A DNA stretch of 63,965 nucleotides, the filler included, from Blastocystis sp. subtype 4 (Eukaryota), in the NCBI RefSeq assembly GCF_000743755.1. It is 4 parts of 4 records of this genome, joined end to end, with 100 filler letters (N's around TTAATTAATTAA, not from the genome) between each part and the next. Parts side by side here need not be neighbours in the genome. Positions count along the whole stretch, not along the records: positions 1 to 17,399 come from NW_014569319.1; 3 more parts are not named here. One strand, written 5' to 3'. The notes under the pieces were generated by a model. The model was not told the DNA's origin and ran no database searches. It saw only the letters and a program-made list of their open reading frames with translations. Position 1 is the stretch's first letter. Every line of letters begins with the position of its first letter. Positions 1 to 12,445 of this stretch are shown here, piece by piece. Both the position numbers and the translations under genes were made by a program.

Positions 1-370
1 TCCCAGCTTCGATCGTCAGGCTATCCGTGAGGCTGCTTGCGTCAACATCCCTACCATTGCTTTCTGTGATACTGATTCTCCTCTGGAGTACGTGGATTGC
101 GCTATTCCTTGCAACACCAAGGGTAAGCTGTCCATTGGTCTTATGATGTGGTTCCTCGCTCGTGAGGTGCTCCGTATTCGTGGAATTGTGGACCGCGATG
201 CTGAGTGGGAGGCTTGTGTCGATCTCTTCTTCGCTCGTGATCCCAAGGAAATTGAGGAGTCCCAGAGAGCTTCTGCTGAGGCTGCCGCTGCTGAGGCTGA
301 ACCTGATGCTGAGGTTGCTGCTCCTGCTGAGGATGGTTGGAATCAGCCCGCTCCTGAGAACCAGTGGTAA
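1..370 (+). CDS. RPSA: 40S ribosomal protein SA (uS2), 3' part, truncated by the window start
   Basis: Frame 2 reads [58 protein letters not shown], the uS2 signature. TAA at 368-370; TGTTTGTT at 402-409. Confidence 0.96.
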   Translation, partial: PSFDRQAIREAACVNIPTIAFCDTDSPLEYVDCAIPCNTKGKLSIGLMMWFLAREVLRIRGIVDRDAEWEACVDLFFARDPKEIEESQRASAEAAAAEAEPDAEVAAPAEDGWNQPAPENQW

Positions 371-451
371 GCTGACTCTATTCACAACAAAGTGATTCAG
401 TTGTTTGTTTAAGCTAATGTGTTTTGAGTCTCCCGCCATTTTTCTTTATGA

Positions 452-2448
<1,997 letters not shown>

Positions 2449-2532
2449 CATTTGTTTGTTCAATAAACAATCTATCTTTGATTCACATATTGAAGCTTCC
2501 AATAACATAACAAAACAGCGCCAGTACAGTAA

Positions 2533-2789
2533 TCAGTGTTGTTCCTGTCCTTTAATTGCATCCTTCTGTTCTTGTCTGCGTCTTAACCTCCGTTCTCGCG
2601 ATTCTCGTTCTATCTCTTCTTGATGTTGTTGATACCGCTGTCGCCGTTCTGGAGTGCCAAAGTCAGCATAGACTAAGAAACCTAACCATTTCAAAGATAC
2701 GTAACAAGAATACCTCCAAGAACAACTGCAGGAAATACCAATGCCGCTGCATATTTGAGTCGATATGCAAGTGATGGATTACCAGGCAT
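2533..2789 (-). CDS. Small (~74 aa) single-TM protein with a charged coiled-coil tail; missed by the ORF track
   Basis: ATG at 2789, a 32-nt GT-AG intron at 2682-2713, product MPGNPSLAYRLKYAAALVFPAVVLGGFLVYADFGTPERRQRYQQHQEEIERESRERRLRRRQEQKDAIKGQEQH*. Confidence 0.65.
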
Positions 2790-2909
2790 AACACAGTGTT
2801 GAAAGTCCCACGGTCAAATGAGATAATCAGTTCTTTGTCTAGAGAGATTTCCCAGAAACTTCTCATCGAGTTAGCAATCTCAATTCCAATCCGATTAGTT
2901 TTTTTTTTC

Positions 2910-4454
2910 ATGGAGAAGGACTTGAAGGAACTTGTGGATACCTATATTCAAACGAACTCTGTCAAACTTGTTCAGAAGGCAGTGGAAACACCCAAGCAGG
3001 CCAAGAACCCGAAGAAGAAGGCCGAAAAGAAAGTCTCGGAGCCAAAACCGGAAGGACCCAAGCTAGAGAAGAAGACAGCTGAGAACACCTCAAAGGAGAC
3101 TCCTAAAGAAACCACACCCGCAGTTTGAGATGCATAGAGAGTATGACGTCTTAGGAACAGAATATTAACCCCTGGAGTGTAGAAGCAGGCGAAGAAGGAG
3201 TAGACTATGCCAAATTGATTCAAAAGTTTGGATCATCACCTATTTCCCAAGTAGGATATAATAGATTAATCTAAGTGTAGGAACTCATTGACCGATTTGA
3301 GAAGGTCACGGGAAAGAGAGCACACAAGTGGCTCCGACGTGGTATGTTTTTCTCCCACAGGTAGCACTGGCTTGGTCCCTTGAGTTGCAGAGATCTTAAC
3401 CTTATCCTGGATGCCTACGAAAAGGGAGAGAAGTTCTATTTGTATACTGGACGGTACAGAAATATGAAGATAGTAACTCGTAGTGGTCCTTCATCGGGAA
3501 GTCTTCATCTAGGTCATTTAATTCCATTCTTCTTTACAAAGTGGCTCCAAGATACGTTTGATTGCCCTCTGGTGATTCAGTTAACCGATGATGAAAAGTA
3601 TCTGTGGAAGAAATTGGATCTGGATGAATGCATCCACATGGGACGTGAAAATGCAAAGGATATTATTGCATGCGGCTTCAATCCTAAGAAGACCTTCATC
3701 TTCAGCGATATGAGTTATATCGGTGAAATGTACCGGAATATTGTTCGTATTCAGAAGTGTGTTACTGTCAATACTGTAAGAATTGATATCTGACTGTCAT
3801 GTTCAGGCTCGTGCCATTTTCGGTTTTACAGAGTCTTCTAGCATCGGACAACAGGCATTCCCCGCAATTCAAGCGGCTCCTTCATTTTCGTCATCTTTTG
3901 TGAAGGTCTTGGGGTCAAAGAAAATGCGATGCATGATTCCTTGTGCTATTGATCAGGATCCCTATTTCCGTATGACTCGAGATGTAGCAGTTCGTTTAAA
4001 TGAGTACAAACCTGCTTTGATGCACAGTAAATTCATTCCCTCGTTAGTTGGACTGAACACGAAGATGAGTGCTTCAAGTACAAACACATGTATTTACGTA
4101 ACAGATACCCCCAATATGATCAAGAACAAGGTGACACTGATTGTTTGGATTGATGCTTAGATTAATCGTCATGCCATGAGTGGAGGTCGTGAGACTGTGG
4201 AGGAGCAGAGGAAATATGGAGCTGATCTATCGAAGGATGTTCCTTATCAGTATTTAGAATACTTTTTGGATGATGATGATGAACTGATGCGAATTCGTGA
4301 GGATTATAGTGCTGGACGCATGCTTACTGGAGAGGTTAAGCAGATTCTGATCAAAGAGATTCAGAAGCTGATTAGTGAGTTCCAAGAACGTCGAAATAAG
4401 CTTACAGAGGCGGATGTTGATGAGTTCTTCTCCGTTCGTATGCTGGATTTATGA
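2910..4454 (+). CDS. WARS: Cytosolic tryptophanyl-tRNA synthetase, multi-exon
   Basis: [22 protein letters not shown] (HIGH), [21 protein letters not shown] (KMSKS), [23 protein letters not shown]. Introns are ~30-nt GT-AG; TGTTTGTT at 4463-4470. Confidence 0.95.
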
Positions 4455-4482
4455 GGTTCGTTTGTTTGTTTGAGAAAACATA

Positions 4483-5999
4483 TTACAGACACCTGGCGAT
4501 GGCAGCAAGAACCATATCTACCTTAGCAGGATCTCGGTTTTTCATCACATAGACATCTCCATCCAGTTCAAAGCCAGCCATCTTATTTATAAGTCTATTC
4601 ATTTATTCCTACCATCATCAAAGGTAAGGCTCCAGGTACCGCTGCTACCTTTCGCTGTAATGCTCCATTATCCTTACGCAACTGACGATACTTTGGATCC
4701 TCCTTGGCTGTGTTGGAGAGAATCACTTGTAAAGTACGCAACGCAGTGGCACCTGCATTATCAATACGTTGAAGAGCCACTGATTCAGCTAAAAGCTTTG
4801 CCTTTTCTTCTGGTGTCTTCTCAACCACTTTCTCCCTATTCTTAACCGTCCTACATATTCCTACGGTTGAACAGCTGGAAGACCATGTTCGGCTCTCCAT
4901 AGCTCCAATTGACGTTTCTTCTCATTCTACTCCTCACTCTCATTCACCACATTCACTTCTTCAGCAATCTTTTCCTGGCGTTGTCGCTCTAATTCCCGTT
5001 TGCGTTGCATTGCCTCAAACTCTTCCTTTGTACTCTGCATGGCCTTTCCACGTTCAATTCGTTCCTTTTCACGTTGAATTGCGGCTTTCTTCTCAGCCTC
5101 CTCTTTCTCCACCTTCTTCTGTTGGATTCGTCGACGTGTTTCTTCCATTCGCTCATCAAAACTCTTCTCTGGCTGAGGATTCACAAAGTGACATTCATTG
5201 CCATCACACACTACTCCAGGATGTGACTGTTGTTCAGTAGGTTCATTCCCTTCTTCCGATTCTGGAAGTGTCGTAATATATGCAACCAAATCTGCAAGGT
5301 CACGGGATTTGCACTCTTTCAGTGTCTAATGATCAGTCTTCCATCTAACAAATACCTTCTCCACATTAGAAGCAGAGAATCCCATAGTTAGCAGATTATC
5401 TCGAATTGCAGCATCTGCCTCCCTACAATGAAACCACAAACGGAATACCTACGAACTGGTCTCTGGAGCAACCTCTTCATCAGAATCGCTCTTTACACGG
5501 TCGAGCATCTTTGACACCTTTCCAGCCATCTGAGATCCATGAATCTTTACGTCTTTGAAATTCTTTAATCGCATTTCCCGAATACTTTGGGCATCGCGAA
5601 CTCCACTTCCACCTAACGACATTCCCGTTCCCTTAAATGTTGCTGCAGAATTCGCATACTGCTGGATTTTGGACTCCAATGCATTTGGATCGGCTCCAAC
5701 AACACGATCCACTTCATCACCATGGAAAACTAATACAAAGGTTGGGAGTCCTGAAACGCTATACTGACCAGCCAAGTCACGGTTTTGATCCGAATCAACG
5801 CGAATAAAGACGACATTTGTATACTTCAGACTCATCTGATCGAAAAGGGGATGCATCATTCTACAAGGTCCACACCTAACTACTCAAGATGAGAAATCAT
5901 CAATTACCATGTAGCGAAGAAATCGATCACCACGAGTCTCTTTTCCGATGAATTCACCCACTGGGACAAGCTTCCGTTCGCTTCAATAACTTTTGACAT
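4483..5999 (-). CDS. Thioredoxin-UBA-coiled coil-PUB domain protein
   Basis: Spliced N-terminus VVIDFFATW|CGPCRMMHPLF (WCGPC site split by an intron), a UBA-like DNLLTMGFS segment, a long charged coil, and a PUB signature LRTLQVILSN..EDPKYRQLRKDNGALQRKVAAVPGA..LMMMAGF. TAA at 4483-4485. Confidence 0.8.
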
Positions 6000-6063
6000 A
6001 GAATCTACCACTACACAAAACAAAACTTCGTTTCAAAACAAACAAATCAATGCAAAAAACGCT

Positions 6064-9000
6064 TTACCATCCCATATTAGGGTTAGCGGGAGCAGCATTA
6101 GGAGATCCCATAGGAGGCATGTTGCCCATAGGTGGCATATTTCCCATAGGAGGCATGTTACCCATAGGCATATTTCCCATGGGAGGCATGTTGCCCATAG
6201 GAGGCATATTTCCCATAGGAGGGAGATTACCCATAGGTGGCATATTACCCATAGGAGGCATCATTCCCATAGGGGGCATATTACCCATAGGAGCCATAGC
6301 GGGAGAACCAGTAGGTCTCTGAGCAGGAGAACCAATAGGACCAGCAGCAGGAGATCCAGCAGGAGCATCAGCAATAGGCAGTCCAGCACCCATAGGAGGC
6401 ATCATACCCATGGGGGGCATCATTCCCATAGGAGGCATATCCACAGGCTTCAATACCTTCTCCATACTAGAAACCTTCTCGTTCATCTCCTTCACATACT
6501 GCACGAAGTAAGGCAGACAGAAGTTCATCATATCATTACGGAATCCAAGCTCCAAGACCACATCAGGCTGAACCTGCTCGTAGCAAGTGAACAGAGTAGC
6601 ACTGAAGGCCTCCTTATCCTGCTTCTCGATGAAGAACTCCAACAATCCCTGAACAATCTCCTCCTTCTTCGACTGAGCAGCAGTGTCAATAGCATCCTTG
6701 TACATGTTATCCTTCTTGGAGATCTCAATAGACTTCTCGAACTTCTCATTCTTCTTGAACAGATAAGCAGCAATACGACGGAACTCCAGCAACTCATGGT
6801 TCTCCAGAGAAGAAGCCAGAGCCACTTGATCGAAGTTGTCATAATTGTCAATGGACTTGCGGAGATCCTCATAGTTCTCATCCTCAATGTAAACCTTGTT
6901 GATGGCCTCGTTCACATTAGCAACGTTAACATTCTGCACATCCTTCAGGTAATCCATAGCCAGAGCCACGTTGCCTGTCTTCTCGAGCTGACGCACCACA
7001 CGAGCATGATCCAGAGAATCCTTGACAGTGGTCAAGAGACGCTGAAGGAGCATAGGATGCTCAGCAATCATGAAGTCAATAGCACGGTAGTTCAACTCCT
7101 TGTTGTTCACCTTACCAATCACATCGAAGAAGTCCTCCTCTTTGAAGGCAACAGAGCTGTGATCAATCATCGTACGCACAGCCATATCGTAGTCCTGAGT
7201 CTGCTTATATAGATAGAAAGCCTCATACCACATACGAGCATTCTCGCAAGCACGAATGGCCTTAGCACTCTGGACACGGTTCCAGTGGACCTTCAGATGG
7301 TCCATGACCTTCTCCTCAGCATACTTAGTGTACAGAACTGTCAACTCGGTGAAGATTCCAGCGTGAGCATTCTCCAGTCCCAGACCCTGCTCCATGATCT
7401 TCATGAGCTCCTCGTACAAACCTCTCTTCTCATAGGAAGCAACCAGAGATTCCAGATGATCAGGAGAAGCAATGATGTACAGAGCGCAAGTCTGAGCCAA
7501 CTTGTACTCACCAGCAGTCAAACAAGCCTCGCTGATCTCCTTCCAGGTACGAATGTTGTTAGCCTTCTTGGCCACATCAACAGCCTCACGATACTTCTCC
7601 AGGCACACATAGGTAGAAGCCAACTTCGCGGTATTACCCACATTCTCGTAGAGAATACGAGCAGCCTCATACAACTTCTCGTTGAAGCAGCGATCACCAA
7701 TCACCTGGATCTGAGCAGAGTTCGGGGAAGAAATGAACTCCTCCAACTCGTTGAGACGATCCATCTTAGCATAGGCATAAGCCAGAGAGGAATCAACACG
7801 AGCCTGCTTCATGCTCTTGCGCACCATCAACAGATAGTTAATCAAGGACTCATACTTCTCATCGCGCTCAGCAGCAGTGATCACATCCATGAAAGTAGTA
7901 GGATCCTGAGCACTGATGTAAGCAGCAATAGCCTGATCGACCTGGTTGAAATCCAACTGGGCCTTAGCGACCTTCGACCACACAGCATTGTTCTGGCAAC
8001 GCTCAGCATATTCCACAGCACGATCAATATCCTTGATGTTCTGGATCAGAACGGTTACGGCCTCCACTTGCATGTTCAGCTTCTTGAAGATCAAGAAGGC
8101 CTCCTCAGGATGTCCCTTCTCAATGCACACATTAGCAAGCTTAGCATCGAAGTTATCCAGACGCTCAATGTAGTCAGGCACACGCTCGGGAGCAGCAGAC
8201 AGACCAGTGATAATCAGCAAGTTCTGGAGAGACTTGTTCTTGCCGAACTCAGTTCCCTGAAGCACCAAGCGCTCCAACAGATCCAGAAGAGCATCAGGCA
8301 TATCAGCATCCATGAAAGCCTTCACAGTGCGGCTCACCATCTCAGGGTTCTGGCACTCAGGAAGAGCTGTATTCACGATCTGATCCACAATCTCCTTCTT
8401 GTGCTCGTTCTCAGGAGTCAACACCTGCTTCCACAGATTATCATCCATACGCTCGACCAGATAACGAGCCTGATCCTTGAACAAACCATTCTCGTTGGTG
8501 ACACGAATCAAATCCTCATCACAAGCACCCTTAGCACGGCGGTAAGCAAGGAAGGCAAGGAACGGATCCACCTTCTCGCAGAACTGACCAACCACCTTGC
8601 TGTCGTAGAAAGGATCCTTCAGAAGGAACTCCTGAGCATTCTGGTTGTTGCTGATGTAGATCTTTCCAATAGCATTGTGCAACTCGGGATCCTGGCTTCC
8701 TTCCTTCAGACGAGCCTCCAACCAGGGCTGGATCATACGCAGACGGTTGCGAGCCTCACACACATCCACCAGAGGAGCAATGGGACACATAGCCATCACA
8801 CTGTTGAGTAGAGACTGGATGAAGTCCTCAGAAGCATCCATATCAATCAACTTGCCAACAATCACAGGGGTCTTCGCAGGAGCCACCTTCTGGACGAAAG
8901 CCTCAATGTACTGATTAAGATGCTGCTCGTACAGATACTGAGTCATATCCTCAATCATATCGAAACGGTTGCACAGATGAATGAGAGCCAGAGGATCAGG

Positions 9001-11304
9001 CAGGTTAGCATCAATCAGGAAAGCCTTGACCTCCTTAGGATCGAAAGCATTACCCTCACGGCACATACGCTCCACCTCCTTGAACTGACCCATCTTCGTA
9101 GCAGCCTCAATGAACTTGAGCTGGACATTACCATCAGTGGAAGTGTAAGCAATCGCTCCAAGGAAGTAGAACAGACCCTCAGTGGAAGAGAACTCCTCGA
9201 ACAACTCAATCAGCTTATCAACTCCCAGATTCTCGGAGAACTTCTGAGCAACCTGAACCACCAGACGCACATTAGAAGAGTTGTAGGACATCAAGGTACG
9301 GAGCACTTCAATTCCCTGTTCAGCGGGGAGCTGACCAATGAAAGGAACCAAGAACTCAGGCTTGATCATGTGAGTATTCACAACAACACGCTTGATATCA
9401 TCGATATTGGTGTACATGGAGAGAGCAGCCTGATACAGTCCAGCACGCTCACACAGCTCAGCAATCTTGGGCTTATCGAAGTGACTGAACATGTTAGCGC
9501 TAAGAATAGCCTCAGCCACCTGGGTGTTACCGCTGGAGAGATTAATCTCCAGAACACGTGTCTGAAGCTCAGCATCCTCGGGCAGATCACCTCTCTTCTG
9601 AAGCACCTCAAGGAGGAATCCAGTGCACTCCTGAATGAGACCCATAGTGTAGAAGGTATCAGCAATTCCCTTCACATCCAACTCAGCAGCGTTCGTCTGA
9701 GCCAACTTCTTAGCGAAACCCTCAGCAGCCTTAGGATCCTGGGAGATCATGTTGCGGATCAGAGTGTTGTAATCAGGATTGTAGTTGTTCACCTGAGCAT
9801 ACTGAAGCACCTTATCGTACTGCTGAGCACGAACCAGAGAAGCAATCACCTTCTCGTGGCACTTACCCTTGAAGTAGACAGACATGGCCAACTTAGGATC
9901 GGCAGGGGCAATCATATCTCCGAGACGCTCCGAGCAAGTGATCTTGTCCTCCTTAATCCACTTCTCCACAAGCTGCTTCTTTCCCTGAGGAAGAATGATC
10001 TTGCAGAACTCCAGAGTTTCGATCTCATTCAGACGACCAATCTCAATGATAGCACCAATGTAGGTGATGAAGGGAGGCTGCTGACCAGGAGCGGCAGGCA
10101 TCTGCTGCAGCTTGCGCAGTGTGGTCTCATTACGGATCAAGTTGGCAGGAGACTTGTAGGCTACATGAGCAGCACCCTTAATGTTACCCTGCTGCATCAT
10201 AGCCGAGAACTGCTGGAGAAAGATATCATCAGCACCAGGAAGACCCAAACGGCAAGCCAGATCCAGAGCCAGAGGCTGGTTCTTCAGACCATTCATGACA
10301 AAGGGAACCAAGTTGGCTTCCTTCAGAGTCACCTTGATGAGAGCACCCTTTCCAGCGGAGATTCCAATCACACCTCCAGTAGCACCCTTGGTGGTGAGGA
10401 AGATAGGATCCTGGCTCACACGAGAACGGAACAGCAGAGATCCAGTCATGATATCAAACATGTACACAAAGCCAAGCTTGGTCATCACGAAGGAGATGCA
10501 ACGAGCACTATCAATCTCCATAGAGACAGGGAAATCGTTAGCAGCCTCAGAAGGGAAAACGAAGTCAACGGGCTTGATCTTGAAACCACCAGGCTTGCCG
10601 ACCTCCATAGCATAGTACTTGCAAGCAGGCTGAGGTCCCTTCTTCTCAATGAAAGTGAACAACTGACCCTTAGCCACCTGGTTATCCACATCGATGAAGC
10701 CTCCACAATGACCAGAGAGAGTCTGAGACTTCTTGTTCTCAACGGAGTACAGCTGGATCATTCCAGCAATACTATTTTCAGGTCCCTTACCAATACCAAT
10801 CAGCAAGCACCACTTCTGGTCGGGACTCACACGGTAGTTAATAATCTGGAAAGAGGCCAGATTCGGATGACGATCCATAACCTTACGAGGATTACTCTCT
10901 CCCTCAATGCTCCAGTGGAAGACAGAGGTCTGAGTGACAATAGCAATCGTCTTGGCATCGATCCAACTCCAGAACACAACAACACTATTATCAGGGAGCT
11001 TGAAAGAGCACACCTTCGACTTAGACTCAAGATCAAAGACCTGGAGAGCAGGTCCCTTGCGCAGAGCCACAATCTTCTTTTCAGGGTTCATAATAGTCGA
11101 CTCAGCGGCCATAGGCATACGAGAAACTTCATTACCATTTGCAAGATCGACAACAGTCAGCGATGCACCCTGAGGAGCGTCCTCACGAATGCACACATAC
11201 TTGTCGGACTCCATTGTCACGCACTTGAAGTTGATATTTGCGGGGTTGACGCCGAGGGCAGTCAAGTTCGCAACCTCATTCACATCAATAGGAATTTGAG
11301 CCAT
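6064..11304 (-). CDS. CLTC: Clathrin heavy chain, intronless, with a PPMGNM-repeat tail
   Basis: N-terminal propeller (FKCVTMESDKYVCIRE, AESTIMNP), CHCR repeats, AHAGIFTELTVLY and LENHELLEFRRIAAYLFKKN. Best start is MAQIPI at 11304. Minus-strand TGTTTGTT at 6037-6044. Confidence 0.97.
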   Translation of the reverse strand: MAQIPIDVNEVANLTALGVNPANINFKCVTMESDKYVCIREDAPQGASLTVVDLANGNEVSRMPMAAESTIMNPEKKIVALRKGPALQVFDLESKSKVCSFKLPDNSVVVFWSWIDAKTIAIVTQTSVFHWSIEGESNPRKVMDRHPNLASFQIINYRVSPDQKWCLLIGIGKGPENSIAGMIQLYSVENKKSQTLSGHCGGFIDVDNQVAKGQLFTFIEKKGPQPACKYYAMEVGKPGGFKIKPVDFVFPSEAANDFPVSMEIDSARCISFVMTKLGFVYMFDIMTGSLLFRSRVSQDPIFLTTKGATGGVIGISAGKGALIKVTLKEANLVPFVMNGLKNQPLALDLACRLGLPGADDIFLQQFSAMMQQGNIKGAAHVAYKSPANLIRNETTLRKLQQMPAAPGQQPPFITYIGAIIEIGRLNEIETLEFCKIILPQGKKQLVEKWIKEDKITCSERLGDMIAPADPKLAMSVYFKGKCHEKVIASLVRAQQYDKVLQYAQVNNYNPDYNTLIRNMISQDPKAAEGFAKKLAQTNAAELDVKGIADTFYTMGLIQECTGFLLEVLQKRGDLPEDAELQTRVLEINLSSGNTQVAEAILSANMFSHFDKPKIAELCERAGLYQAALSMYTNIDDIKRVVVNTHMIKPEFLVPFIGQLPAEQGIEVLRTLMSYNSSNVRLVVQVAQKFSENLGVDKLIELFEEFSSTEGLFYFLGAIAYTSTDGNVQLKFIEAATKMGQFKEVERMCREGNAFDPKEVKAFLIDANLPDPLALIHLCNRFDMIEDMTQYLYEQHLNQYIEAFVQKVAPAKTPVIVGKLIDMDASEDFIQSLLNSVMAMCPIAPLVDVCEARNRLRMIQPWLEARLKEGSQDPELHNAIGKIYISNNQNAQEFLLKDPFYDSKVVGQFCEKVDPFLAFLAYRRAKGACDEDLIRVTNENGLFKDQARYLVERMDDNLWKQVLTPENEHKKEIVDQIVNTALPECQNPEMVSRTVKAFMDADMPDALLDLLERLVLQGTEFGKNKSLQNLLIITGLSAAPERVPDYIERLDNFDAKLANVCIEKGHPEEAFLIFKKLNMQVEAVTVLIQNIKDIDRAVEYAERCQNNAVWSKVAKAQLDFNQVDQAIAAYISAQDPTTFMDVITAAERDEKYESLINYLLMVRKSMKQARVDSSLAYAYAKMDRLNELEEFISSPNSAQIQVIGDRCFNEKLYEAARILYENVGNTAKLASTYVCLEKYREAVDVAKKANNIRTWKEISEACLTAGEYKLAQTCALYIIASPDHLESLVASYEKRGLYEELMKIMEQGLGLENAHAGIFTELTVLYTKYAEEKVMDHLKVHWNRVQSAKAIRACENARMWYEAFYLYKQTQDYDMAVRTMIDHSSVAFKEEDFFDVIGKVNNKELNYRAIDFMIAEHPMLLQRLLTTVKDSLDHARVVRQLEKTGNVALAMDYLKDVQNVNVANVNEAINKVYIEDENYEDLRKSIDNYDNFDQVALASSLENHELLEFRRIAAYLFKKNEKFEKSIEISKKDNMYKDAIDTAAQSKKEEIVQGLLEFFIEKQDKEAFSATLFTCYEQVQPDVVLELGFRNDMMNFCLPYFVQYVKEMNEKVSSMEKVLKPVDMPPMGMMPPMGMMPPMGAGLPIADAPAGSPAAGPIGSPAQRPTGSPAMAPMGNMPPMGMMPPMGNMPPMGNLPPMGNMPPMGNMPPMGNMPMGNMPPMGNMPPMGNMPPMGSPNAAPANPNMGW
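6107..6440 (-). repeat. Coding tandem repeat, ~18-nt unit encoding PPMG(N/M)M, in the clathrin C-terminus
   Basis: Repeated cccataggaggcat-like units on the plus strand; about 13 PPMG/PMG units in the translation. Confidence 0.9.
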
Positions 11305-11658
11305 TACCACAATCTCTCTACAATAATATGGATCCAACATGACATCGTTCAATCGTGTTGAATAGATGATTGGATGAACGAATTATTTTCCAACCGATCA
11401 TCAGAACCAAAGAGTACAATCATCGAGATAATTTCGGATTATAGAAGAGAATATGATCTTGGTCAGGAAAAAGTGTGTGCAATTATTAGGGAAACAAGTT
11501 TCAATGTATGACAATCCTTCGTTGCAAGAAGTAGAAAGTTGGAAAGTCGCTAAGAAACTGGATTCTAGGAAGGATACGATAAACATTGAAAAGGCGATTC
11601 ACAGTATTGGGTTTTGAGACAAGGGTCAGAAATGGAAGAATTAGAAATACCATAGATT

Positions 11659-12172
11659 ATGTCCACAGTACGTCAACTCTATAAGAGTTTATTGCGAACT
11701 GCTAAACTTCTTGTAGGCAATCCAATGATGTTGGAGTCATATGTCATAGCCTAAGGAACAATCGCTTTCAGCACTTCAAGAAATACGAACAAAATTCCAT
11801 AATAATATAAATGAGACGGATCCAGAAAAGTAGGAATACATATCCAATAGTATGAAACAGGATTCATGAGTTGATGCACGAAGCTGAAAGCCGATTAAAG
11901 TTCATGAAGATGATTACACCGCGTCAGACATCAGAGAAAGCCGAAAATAAGGTCTATAGGTCCAATAGGTTGATGGTAGTGATTTGTAGAGTTAACGAAA
12001 AGGGAGAATTGGTAGAGGGTCATGGGGATTATGCAAATGAGTAAGACCAGGAGGAGGTCTCCATTCTAGTGCTCGCCTCTCTCATTTCGGAATGACAACG
12101 GACGAGATGCGGTTTATCAACGAGCAACAATTACGACGAATGTCGTTCCTTCCCTATAAGAAGCGAATTTAA
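11659..12172 (+). CDS. LYR-motif (Complex1_LYR family) protein, 5 exons; missed by the ORF track
   Basis: Spliced MSTVRQLYKSLLRTAKLL|PKEQSLSALQEIRTKFHNNINETDPEK|IHELMHEAESRLKFMKM... fits L-Y-[RK]-x-L-L-R plus IRxxF. TAA at 12170-12172; TGTTTGTT at 12181-12188. Confidence 0.85.
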
Positions 12173-12445
12173 AGAGAGGTTGTTTGTTTCTGTTTGTTTT
12201 GCACCAAATATGGTAAATTGAGTGAATCAGAAAGAATAAACGTTGGGGAGAAAACTATGGAGACAGGAAGTCTTGATAATCAAAAAGCCAAGATCACTGG
12301 ACATGTGCATTCCATCGCATCATCAGTTGATACCTTTCGAACACTCGGTTAACCCAATTTCTGTGATTAATTGTAACAATATCGGGAATGAGTGATGTTT
12401 TCTCTATTAATGGTACAATTTACCACATGTTTGATAATCTTAGAC

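Noticed and set aside
6107..6440. Tandem repeats as CRISPR or mobile-element signatures
   Set aside because: They are in-frame coding repeats with synonymous variation and no spacers; no transposase, reverse transcriptase or cas genes were seen in the window.
7285..11361. Long plus-strand ORFs of 508 and 813 aa opposite clathrin
   Set aside because: They are in-register antisense shadows of a highly codon-biased gene (few TTA/CTA/TCA codons); the L/H/Q/S-rich translations have no motifs.
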